Below are positions 54,884 through 63,052 of a stretch of 64,000 bases of DNA, in pieces. The position numbers were made by a program, and so were the translations under genes. The stretch comes from an uncultured Anaerolineae bacterium (GTDB lineage: Bacteria; Chloroflexota; Anaerolineae; JAFGEY01): positions 26,552 through 90,551 of the forward strand of contig CAYVBK010000012.1 of NCBI GenBank assembly GCA_964449465.1, in the 5' to 3' direction. The notes beneath the pieces were generated by a model. That model did not search any database, was not told the DNA's origin, and saw only the letters and a program-made list of their open reading frames with translations. Numbering within the stretch: position 1 is the stretch's first letter; the number at the start of each line of letters is the position of its first letter.

Positions 54884-57652
54884 TCAACAAGTCAGATTGA
54901 TCTCGATCCCTTGGCCGACCGCCGGTCGAGCCGGCAAATAAACCTCAAATGTGGTGCCCTGACCCGGCTTGCTCTGCACATCAATCCAGCCCTGATGATT
55001 CTGCACAATGCCCAGCACCGTCACCAACCCCAGCCCGGTGCCTTTGCCTGCCCCTTTGGTGGTGAAAAAAGGCTCAAAGAGCCGATTCTGCGTTTGCTCA
55101 TCCATTCCGATGCCGGTATCTTGCATGACCAGGCAGACAAAGCGGCCGGGGCGCGAATGACTGTTGCGCCGCTCCGTCGGTTCAACCACCACATTTTGCA
55201 CATGGATGAACAAATGCCCTCCATTCGGCATGGCATCGCGAGCATTGACGGTTATGTTCATCAACACCTGCTCCAACTGCCCCACATCGGCTTCAACCGG
55301 CCACAGACAGGGTGCAATGTTCAAATCCAAGGCAATATGTTTGCCGATCAGCCGTTGCAACATGCCGCCCATATCTTGCACCACCTGGCCGAGATTCACC
55401 CATCGCTTTTCAACGGGCCGACGGCGACTGATGGTCAACAACTGCCGGGTCAATACGGCAGCCAGTTCGGCGGCCTGCCGCACCTCGTCCAATTTCTGAT
55501 ACAAATCTTGACCTGGCTCAAGGTCTAGCAGGGCCATATCCACATTGCCACGAATGATGGTGAGCAGATTGCCAAAATCGTGGGCAATGCCTCCGGCAAA
55601 CTGGCCGATGACTTCCATCTTTTGCGCCTGCAACAACTGCGCCTCGATGCGCTCGCGCTCGATCTCGTGAGCCATGTGCCGCGCCAAAATCTCTAGCAGG
55701 TGAACCTGGTGTTCCGAAAACTGACGGACACGGCGATCCATGACATGAAGCACCCCGATCACATTTTCCCGGCTGTCGAGCAACGGAACACCCAGATAGG
55801 TAAATAGGGGGGTTTGAATAAAAAACTCGTCTTGAGGAAACAAGTCATGCAGTGGCTGATGATAATAGCAAATGTTTTTCTGTTGAAAAACCTGCTCACA
55901 TGGCGAACCGGCCAACGACATCCGGCCACCATGCGAGACCTGCCCATCTGCCACCATTGAAATGATGTCAATCCACCCGCCCGATAATTTTTCCACCGTC
56001 GCATGCGATACCTGAAGCACCTGAGACAATTGCATCACCAGTTGATCGCAACGCTCCACCAGCGAGCCGCGTCCGGTGATCACCAACTCGTAAACGGACT
56101 GCATAGCCACCTGCTGATCAGCCAATTGCTCTTGAGCGCGACGTCGCTGAATGATGCCGGCCAGCACATTGGCAACCGCCTCCAAAAAGGCCTGCTCACG
56201 CGCATCATAAGAATGTCCATCGCGCAAATAGAGGGCAATCACGCCCAACACGGTGTCGTTCGAGACAATTGGCACACAATAATGACCGTGCGGCTCCATT
56301 CCGTTATAAACCATCTCGTGGCGCTCGTTGATCTGGCTGGAAAATTGCGTGGTCTGACTCTGCGCCGCCCGCCCGCACAAACAATATCCAAAAGGCACCC
56401 GGGCGCAGATCACTTCAAGGCGCGGATCAAATTGCTCGGCCACGCGCAGAGCCAACGTTGAGGTATCATCCTCGACCAGAAAAATGCCACCGCGCGACTG
56501 AAAGGCCAGCCATGGCACCGAAATGATCTGCTTGAAAATTTGCTCCAACTGCGCCTGCAAGGGGATATTTTGCATCGAAATGGAGAGCAGTTTGTTCAAT
56601 ACGGTCTGAGTTTGATAATTGCGCTGCGCCTCTTGCTCGGCCCGTTGCCGCTCAATCACCTCGCGTTCCAGCTCCAAACGAGCCGCCTCGGCAGCCTGAG
56701 CGCGCACCTGGGCAGCCTGCTCGCGCAGCAGCGATTCCTGGGCGCGTTCGCGCTGCACGGCCAGGGCAAACAACGAAGCGAATCGCTGCGCCAGTTTCAA
56801 ATCGCGGTCGGTATAATCGCGCGGCGGGTTAGCCAGGGCCACCAGACCCACCAGTTCATCGCCCAACATGGCCGGCGCGGCCAAAAAGCGTTCGATTGGC
56901 ACATGTCCTTCTGGCACACCCGACGAACGGGAATCGTCTTGAGGACAATTGGTAAGCACCGACTGACAATTCTTGAGCGCCCACCCCCACAAACCGCTAA
57001 ACTTGTTAAACACGGTACTTTTATCGGACACCCGACAGGCCGACCACACACCGCGCGAAAGGGTATCGCTGACCAGGTATCCGGTTTGAGGGTCCATATA
57101 GCCCACAAAGCCAAACCGACTGCCGGTCAACTGCTGCGCCCGCTCCAACACCATGTCGGAAATTTGGCCTATAGACACAGGCGAGATCAGCGATTGGGAC
57201 AATTCGACCATCGCCGCGTTGACCGCCGATTCCCAACGCAGATCCATCTCGATGCGCTTGCGCTCGATGGCATAATAGATCGTCCGCGCCAACAGATTCC
57301 AGTCCATCTGCCCCTTGACCAGATAATCTTGAGCGCCGCTGCGCACCGCCTGCATCGCCAGTTGTGTGTCACTCATACCACTCAACACAATAATCGGCAC
57401 AAAAGAGGCACGCTGATGCACCCGCTCAAATGTGTCCAGTCCGCGGCTGTCGGGCAGCAGCAGGTCGAGCAGCACAATGTCGGCAGCGTCGCCATCCAAC
57501 CGGGCCAACCCCTCGGCCAGACAATTGGCCCAATGCACCTCAAAGGACAGGGTGATGGCGCCAGACGCCGCCGCTTCATCCAAAACAATACGCATCAAAT
57601 CGGCATCACCCGGATTGTCTTCGATCAGCAAGACACGACAAATCTCACCCAT
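54884..57652 (-). CDS. REC-3xGAF histidine kinase
   Basis: Start ATG 57652 (MGEICRVLLIEDN) overlaps the GATase stop by 8 nt. IAHDFGNLL, NITVNARDAM, DTGIGM, PFFTTK and GTGLGL. Confidence 0.9.
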   Translation of the reverse strand: MGEICRVLLIEDNPGDADLMRIVLDEAAASGAITLSFEVHWANCLAEGLARLDGDAADIVLLDLLLPDSRGLDTFERVHQRASFVPIIVLSGMSDTQLAMQAVRSGAQDYLVKGQMDWNLLARTIYYAIERKRIEMDLRWESAVNAAMVELSQSLISPVSIGQISDMVLERAQQLTGSRFGFVGYMDPQTGYLVSDTLSRGVWSACRVSDKSTVFNKFSGLWGWALKNCQSVLTNCPQDDSRSSGVPEGHVPIERFLAAPAMLGDELVGLVALANPPRDYTDRDLKLAQRFASLFALAVQRERAQESLLREQAAQVRAQAAEAARLELEREVIERQRAEQEAQRNYQTQTVLNKLLSISMQNIPLQAQLEQIFKQIISVPWLAFQSRGGIFLVEDDTSTLALRVAEQFDPRLEVICARVPFGYCLCGRAAQSQTTQFSSQINERHEMVYNGMEPHGHYCVPIVSNDTVLGVIALYLRDGHSYDAREQAFLEAVANVLAGIIQRRRAQEQLADQQVAMQSVYELVITGRGSLVERCDQLVMQLSQVLQVSHATVEKLSGGWIDIISMVADGQVSHGGRMSLAGSPCEQVFQQKNICYYHQPLHDLFPQDEFFIQTPLFTYLGVPLLDSRENVIGVLHVMDRRVRQFSEHQVHLLEILARHMAHEIERERIEAQLLQAQKMEVIGQFAGGIAHDFGNLLTIIRGNVDMALLDLEPGQDLYQKLDEVRQAAELAAVLTRQLLTISRRRPVEKRWVNLGQVVQDMGGMLQRLIGKHIALDLNIAPCLWPVEADVGQLEQVLMNITVNARDAMPNGGHLFIHVQNVVVEPTERRNSHSRPGRFVCLVMQDTGIGMDEQTQNRLFEPFFTTKGAGKGTGLGLVTVLGIVQNHQGWIDVQSKPGQGTTFEVYLPARPAVGQGIEINLTC

Positions 57653-58433
57653 GCAGACCTCCCCCTTGATCCAGACAGGGCAGCGAATCAACGGGCTGCA
57701 CGCCACGAGCGGCCAACTGCTGCGCGTCAAAAAAATGAATCTGGCGCGAAGGCAGCGCCTCGGTGGTGACAGAACGCCCAAATGCCTGACGTAGAAACAA
57801 ATAGCGTGACGAAAACCACAACGTTTGCCAGTCGGCCGAATAATGCACACACAAAGGCATATCTTTTTTGATCACCAGCAGGCCATAAGGCCGGCGCAAG
57901 TCTACCGACAGGGTGGTAAACCGCCCTTCTAACAGGGTTATGCGTTGCTGGGCCTGCTCCAGATAATCGCCGTTGCACTGCGCCGGCGAAATCGTATCCA
58001 GCATGCCAAAAATGATCTCGCTATCCACCTGCCCATAGCGAGGCAGAGCCAGCCGTGCAAAGAGATCGTCGTCGTTGTGAATATAGCCATTGTGGATGCC
58101 CAGCACATGTCCGCTGAGCAAGGGGTGATTGTTGAGATTATCGAGAGGACTGCCCTTGGTGGGCAGACGAGCATGCCCCAGCATGCACACCGTTTCGCCG
58201 CCCACTTGCGCCATCACATCCTGGTACGCTGCGGTTTCTATCAGCTCGGCAGCAGGGCCGGGCTGTTTAAGCAAGGTATAGCGACCATCCTGTTGAATGA
58301 CGGCCACGCCGGCGGCATCTCGGCCGCGTTCTTGATTCGAGATCAGGTTACGGGTAAACACCTGCCGAATTTCTTGCCAGACCTCGGCAGGCCGTTCGCC
58401 GGGCGAGAGCAACGCCGCAGCAATTCCACACAT
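57645..58433 (-). CDS. Class II (Ntn) glutamine amidotransferase domain protein
   Basis: Start ATG 58433 gives MCGI (N-terminal Cys nucleophile). ERGRDAAG, GHARLPT, NNHP, HNG.I.N and VDSE; no synthase domain. Confidence 0.9.
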   Translation of the reverse strand: MCGIAAALLSPGERPAEVWQEIRQVFTRNLISNQERGRDAAGVAVIQQDGRYTLLKQPGPAAELIETAAYQDVMAQVGGETVCMLGHARLPTKGSPLDNLNNHPLLSGHVLGIHNGYIHNDDDLFARLALPRYGQVDSEIIFGMLDTISPAQCNGDYLEQAQQRITLLEGRFTTLSVDLRRPYGLLVIKKDMPLCVHYSADWQTLWFSSRYLFLRQAFGRSVTTEALPSRQIHFFDAQQLAARGVQPVDSLPCLDQGGGLHG

Positions 58434-58447
58434 TCCAGACACTCCAC

Positions 58448-59737
58448 CTAACTTTTGAGAACCGGGCTGCCCAATATGGCATCCCAACGCACCCCACGCA
58501 GCCGGTCCAGCTTGAGCAGGCGGCGATCCAACTCTTGTGGGGTCAAAAACAATTCTCGCGCCACCGTCCACTGCCACGCCTCAAACGATGGACAACCAGT
58601 CAACTCGGCCAGCTCGATGCAGCGCATCAACCGCCGGTCGGTCTGATCGAGTTGGCCCGATTCGGTTTCGGCCCGTTCGGTCAGCAAGGCATCAATTTCG
58701 GGCCAGCTGCGCCCGCTAACACGCAGCAGCGAGAGCGGCGTCTCGGCCAACAGACTCAACACTTCAAAAGACGGGTTGCGCTCAAACCGATCCAGGATCG
58801 GCTTGAGCAGCTCAAGCAATTCGTGGCAGCCCACGCGCAGTTCTTCGATCACATCGGCCGTCACCCGGCTGGTATCGCTGGTGGCCAACGACCCGTCGTT
58901 GTTGCTGAGCATATCCAACAGTTCGATCTTGCGCCGCCACGCCCCAATGCGCCCCACGTGAATCACCCCATACTGGCTCATCTCTACCGCTTTGAGGGCC
59001 ATCGCCAGGAACAAAAAGGTCTTGGCTGTGATCGAGACCGGCGACAGGTCGGCGTCGCAAAAGCGAAATTCCAGGTGAAAATCGCTGACCGCGCCCTGCT
59101 CATCAAAATGGACGTTCTCCAGATTGAGGAAATTTTGATGTTCCGGCACGATCTTGCTATCATGCAAATACTGTTGAATCTGGCGCATTGTCATCGAGCC
59201 GGGACTGAGCTTGACCATCTCCAAATGGCTGTTGTGATTGCGCCGCCGGCACAGGCCGCTCAGCGAATCGCCGGCACTGGTCAAAAAGCGCAATTCGGGC
59301 GCATAGCGGCGGGTCAGGTTCCACACATTGGCCAAAATGATCTCTGGCACAGCCTGACTCAGCCCCACCGTCAGCAAGTGATAGTGCAAGCCGCAGGTTG
59401 GACGGGCGCGAATGCCCTCCGGCAACCGGGCAAACAACTCGCGATACTGTTGCAGCAGCGCGCTGTAATAGGGCTGCCGCCCAATCACCTGCACCTCGAT
59501 GCCGCAATGTTCACTGATCACATTGAGCACGCCATACCGCCCCAAATTGCTCAAATCCTGCGATGGTTCGAGCGTTTGGAGCAGTTCCGCCATAATGTCG
59601 GGTTTGTACGCCCCTTTGGGCAGCGCAAACTCGATCTCGGTACCCACTTTGATCGTGCGATAAAACAGGTCTTTCCAATAAAGGGCCTGTTCTGGGCTCA
59701 AGGCATCGTCTCGGCGAAAAATGATCGGCTCTTTCAT
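58448..59737 (-). CDS. Putative amidoligase (COOH-NH2 ligase, glutamine synthetase / glutamate-cysteine ligase fold)
   Basis: VGTEIEF (GxExE), GIE, TCGLHYH (CGxHxH) and HLEFR appear in the expected order. Confidence 0.75.
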   Translation of the reverse strand: MKEPIIFRRDDALSPEQALYWKDLFYRTIKVGTEIEFALPKGAYKPDIMAELLQTLEPSQDLSNLGRYGVLNVISEHCGIEVQVIGRQPYYSALLQQYRELFARLPEGIRARPTCGLHYHLLTVGLSQAVPEIILANVWNLTRRYAPELRFLTSAGDSLSGLCRRRNHNSHLEMVKLSPGSMTMRQIQQYLHDSKIVPEHQNFLNLENVHFDEQGAVSDFHLEFRFCDADLSPVSITAKTFLFLAMALKAVEMSQYGVIHVGRIGAWRRKIELLDMLSNNDGSLATSDTSRVTADVIEELRVGCHELLELLKPILDRFERNPSFEVLSLLAETPLSLLRVSGRSWPEIDALLTERAETESGQLDQTDRRLMRCIELAELTGCPSFEAWQWTVARELFLTPQELDRRLLKLDRLRGVRWDAILGSPVLKS

Positions 59738-59764
59738 TTGACCATCTTGTTTCTATGGGCCTGC

Positions 59765-59831
59765 CCTTGCAAAGGCCGGAGGTCAACTTGGGTCAGGCCC
59801 CATCACAGGTATATTGGAGGCCTTTGCAAGG
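59765..59831. other. 13-bp perfect inverted repeat with 41-nt loop
   Basis: CCTTGCAAAGGCC (59765-59777) / GGCCTTTGCAAGG (59819-59831). Confidence 0.8.
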
Positions 59832-59847
59832 ATAGGACAACTCGAAA

Positions 59848-60318
59848 TCAGACCAACTCAAACGTAATGATGGACCCTTTGCCCTCGACCCAGCGCTGCA
59901 CCGTGCTGCGTACCTTTTCGCCCATCCGCCCAAAAACAGCATTGGCCACAGCCATGTACGGGCAGATAAAGGGATAGTTGACTCCGGCGGCTTCCAATTT
60001 GTCGCTGAACGTTCGGTTGATGCAACCGTGCACCTTCATGGTCAGCACATCGCCATCTTCAGAGACGGTCACTTCTTGGGCAAAGCCAAACTCGTCCACA
60101 AACAGCCGCCCCACCTCTTGCAGCACGGCCAGAGGCGTCTCGCCGGCAATTTCCAGGCCCATTTCTTTTTCCAGCATCGGCAGAATCTCGTCGCCGATTT
60201 CATAGCTGAGGCCACGCGCCCCGTCGCCCAACAGGTCCCACACGCCGGCGGCCAATCCCAGCAGCGCCAGATTGCTCAGGCGGAGCATATTTTGTTTTTT
60301 CTGTTCTTCAGTCGCCAT
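59848..60318 (-). CDS. V4R/HNOB-fold-like small ligand-binding protein
   Basis: 156 aa. YEIGDEI, VGRLFVDEFGF, KVHGC, FICPY and a terminal ITFEL strand. Confidence 0.55.
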   Translation of the reverse strand: MATEEQKKQNMLRLSNLALLGLAAGVWDLLGDGARGLSYEIGDEILPMLEKEMGLEIAGETPLAVLQEVGRLFVDEFGFAQEVTVSEDGDVLTMKVHGCINRTFSDKLEAAGVNYPFICPYMAVANAVFGRMGEKVRSTVQRWVEGKGSIITFELV

Positions 60319-60386
60319 CGGTTTCTCCTTTTTTCATTCTAAATCTTGGGTGTTCTTGAGCTCAAGCTCTTTAACGGACTTGTTAG

Positions 60387-60517
60387 CAGTCTGTCGTAGA
60401 GGCTACTCGTTGCCCCACTTGGATGTCGGGAGCCCGAACTTGTGCGGGTCCCCCATTCTGTGCGCTCAAACTGTCAGGTTGAGGACTCGCCGCCGCTCAG
60501 GCATCTCTGACAGCCTG
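60387..60517. mobile_element. MITE-like element, family A, long copy (131 bp)
   Basis: TIRs CAGTCTGTC / GACAGCCTG, flanked by TTAG and CCAG; homologous to 25733-25808. Confidence 0.7.
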
Positions 60518-60521
60518 CCAG

Positions 60522-60650
60522 GAGCGTACTGAAAAATCCTCTCACCACCAAGGCACAAAGGACACAAAGCATTTCTAAAAACGCCAGGTATTGCAAACCT
60601 TTGTGTTCCTGGTGTCCTTTGTGGTAAAAATAGACTTTTTCAGCGGCCTC
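60522..60650. mobile_element. MITE-like element, family B (129 bp)
   Basis: TIRs GAGCGTACTGAAAAA / TTTTTCAGCGGCCTC, inner IR ACCACCAAGGCACAAAGGACACAAAG / CTTTGTGTTCCTGGTGTCCTTTGTGGT, flanked by CCAG and CTAG. Confidence 0.72.
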
Positions 60651-61487
60651 CTAGGTCATCGTCTCGGCCACATCGTTGGCAATGTCGCGCATTTCCAGCA
60701 GGGCCATACCCAGGTTGACGCTGGGTTCGGTCAGACCCAGCACCATCGCCTGTGGCCCGGCCCCGCTGACAATGACCCATCCGTCTTTGCCTTGCAGAAT
60801 TGCCACTTTGAAATCGCCGCACTTGAGGTTGCCCAGGGCGCGCTTGCTCAAGCCGACCAGGGCCGCTCCTTCGGCGCCCACGCGGGTGGCGTCGTGTCCA
60901 CCCATCGGCAGGTTCGATGACAGTACCAGGCCGTCGGTGCCGACGATGACTGCCCCGTGAATGTCGGCCGATTCGCGCAACAACGATTCCAGGTGTTCGG
61001 TTAGCACTTCACTTCGTCTCTTGGCCATTTTTTTGCCCTCCTTTGGCATCGTTTCTGTAGAGATGGATGTCTCTTGTACCTCGATTGATTCCGCCGTATC
61101 GCCATCACCGACCCCGTCATTCTCGATCACAGGTTGCTCGTCGGTTAGCTCTACCTCATCCCAGACTGGACAGGCCGCCTCGCGTTCGTCAATCAGCCGC
61201 ATCCCCTCCAAAACCAGGTTCGACCAGGGCGTGCTGACCGTATGCGCCGGGGCTGGCACATCCATTTCCAGCTCAAACTGCCCCTCTTCCCAGGTCAACA
61301 ATTCATACAACGCCCCCTCGCCCTGCTGTCCATCCAACTCAATGTGGACAATCTGACCTTGCTCGAAAAAGATGCTGGCCTCTCGATCTCGGTCCCATAT
61401 TCGCAGTTTGCTCTGCTTGTACTCGTTGCAGTTGACCGAAATCAGGGTGGTGAGAGGAATGTCTTGCAAATGTCCTCGAACTGCCAC
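60651..61487 (-). CDS. DUF4388 (PatA-N-like) domain fused to a roadblock/LC7 domain
   Basis: GHLQDIPLTTLI..IFFEQGQIVH..ALYELLTWEEGQF..LEGMRLIDE, then an acidic linker, then GAVIVGTDGLVLSS..ILQGKDG. Confidence 0.85.
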   Translation of the reverse strand: MAVRGHLQDIPLTTLISVNCNEYKQSKLRIWDRDREASIFFEQGQIVHIELDGQQGEGALYELLTWEEGQFELEMDVPAPAHTVSTPWSNLVLEGMRLIDEREAACPVWDEVELTDEQPVIENDGVGDGDTAESIEVQETSISTETMPKEGKKMAKRRSEVLTEHLESLLRESADIHGAVIVGTDGLVLSSNLPMGGHDATRVGAEGAALVGLSKRALGNLKCGDFKVAILQGKDGWVIVSGAGPQAMVLGLTEPSVNLGMALLEMRDIANDVAETMT

Positions 61488-61499
61488 CTGAACCCCCTG

Positions 61500-61919
61500 T
61501 TATGCACGAGATGATACTTTGCGTCGCTTCCATGCCTGCTGAAGCAAAAGCAAAGCCTGAGAGATAATTCGCTCATAATCGCTCTGCGGATCCACCAGAG
61601 CGATCAGCACCAACTCTTGAGCGCCGATGCGGGCGCTCTGCGCCACCAGGCGGTGTTGATGTCCAAAGCGGATGCTGATTTCGTCTACCGGCGCCCATTT
61701 CATCTTTTTTTGCATCACCTGGGCCATATAGCGAAACCGCGTCACCAGGCCGCTCAGTTCGTCTTGATCCAGCGCCAGCCCCGGCGACACCGAGGCGATA
61801 TGCAAGCCCTCGCCGCTGGCCAAAAAGGCAGCCATAATCCCTTCTTGATAGCAAAATCGTTCCAACACCTGCCCCAACAGCGTCCAACGCGAAACTCGCT
61901 CCGATGTGGCTTGCTCCAT
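61500..61919 (-). CDS. Roadblock/LC7-like protein
   Basis: GIMAAFLASGEGLHIAS, DEISIR and LVLIAL; 139 aa. Confidence 0.72.
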   Translation of the reverse strand: MEQATSERVSRWTLLGQVLERFCYQEGIMAAFLASGEGLHIASVSPGLALDQDELSGLVTRFRYMAQVMQKKMKWAPVDEISIRFGHQHRLVAQSARIGAQELVLIALVDPQSDYERIISQALLLLQQAWKRRKVSSRA

Positions 61920-61930
61920 CGCTTTTTCCT

Positions 61931-62518
61931 CTACAATCCCTGCTGGATATTGGCGACCACACGCCCAATCACGGCCTTGAGCGTGTCAAACACACCCACC
62001 CCTTGCAGGGCTATTGTCTCAAAGCAGGGGATGGTCTCGTTAAGCTTGAGCCGCTGCTTGAACTCGCTGACCGGCACCACATTGGGCAGGTCGCGCTTGT
62101 TGAACTGGATGGCCAACGGCATGCGCGCCGGCGTATAGCCCAGTTCTTGCAGGTGCTTGAGCATATCGCTGAACGAAACCAGGTTGTCGCGCATGCGCTC
62201 CACCTGCGAATCGGCCACAAACACCACCCCATCGGCTCCTTGCAGCACCAGCTTGCGGGTGGCGGCGTAATAGGTCTGTCCTGGCACGGTGTACAGGTTA
62301 AAGCGCGGCTTGAGCCCTTTGACCTGCCCCAATTCAAGCTGCAAATAGTCAAAGTAGAGGGTACGGTCTTCGCGGGTTTTCAGCGACACCAGATCGCCGC
62401 GCAGGTCGGGGTTGGTGTGGCCGTGAATGTACTCCAGGTTGGTGGTTTTGCCGCTCAGGGCCGGGCCATAGTAGACGATTTTCAGTTGAATCTCTTTGAG
62501 CTTGCGGTTGATAAACAT
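61931..62518 (-). CDS. mglA: MglA-family small GTPase
   Basis: Start ATG 62518. KIVYYGPALSGKTTNL, DRTLYFD, LYTVPGQ, GADGVVFVADSQ, NKRDLP and GVGVFDTLK. Confidence 0.95.
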   Translation of the reverse strand: MFINRKLKEIQLKIVYYGPALSGKTTNLEYIHGHTNPDLRGDLVSLKTREDRTLYFDYLQLELGQVKGLKPRFNLYTVPGQTYYAATRKLVLQGADGVVFVADSQVERMRDNLVSFSDMLKHLQELGYTPARMPLAIQFNKRDLPNVVPVSEFKQRLKLNETIPCFETIALQGVGVFDTLKAVIGRVVANIQQGL

Positions 62519-62522
62519 AGGC

Positions 62523-63026
62523 TCATCTGACCTTTTTTTCTTTGGAATCAAAGGTTTGCGTCAAAAAGTCCAAAATATCATCGGTTTGGAGCATATCCTC
62601 ATTCCCACTCAGCCCGGCAGACTTGGGCTGCGAAATGATGTGCAGCAACTCTCCCACCACTTCTTTGGTAAAGAGCCGAATCATACCAATCGGTGTTTGC
62701 TCGTCAAACACCGTGATCAGCAGCATTTCTTCGCCCACATCCGAGAGATAGACATTGTTTTTGCTGCCCTCATGCAGCACCATGCGAAAACGCGCTTCTT
62801 CGCCCACCAGCCGGGCCAACTCTTTGGTGGCGGCCAGTTCGCCGGCGCCCAGCGCCGACAGCACGGCGGTGTTCATCTTGCCGGCGGCGCCGCGCTCGCT
62901 GATCAGCTGCCCGGTAATGTCGGCCAGCAGCACGCAGCGAGCCTCGGTTTCCCAATGCAGGCGTTCCAGACAGGCATCAATGGCTTCGATCTGTTGTTCG
63001 GATAGGTCAATGGGTTGAGGGAGCAT
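62523..63026 (-). CDS. mglB: MglB-family roadblock protein (GAP for MglA)
   Basis: VLLADITGQLIS, LSALGAGELAATKELARLVGE, HEG and PIGMIRL; immediately upstream of mglA. Confidence 0.9.
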   Translation of the reverse strand: MLPQPIDLSEQQIEAIDACLERLHWETEARCVLLADITGQLISERGAAGKMNTAVLSALGAGELAATKELARLVGEEARFRMVLHEGSKNNVYLSDVGEEMLLITVFDEQTPIGMIRLFTKEVVGELLHIISQPKSAGLSGNEDMLQTDDILDFLTQTFDSKEKKVR

Positions 63027-63052
63027 GACGATATTCCTTCCTACACTTGGAT

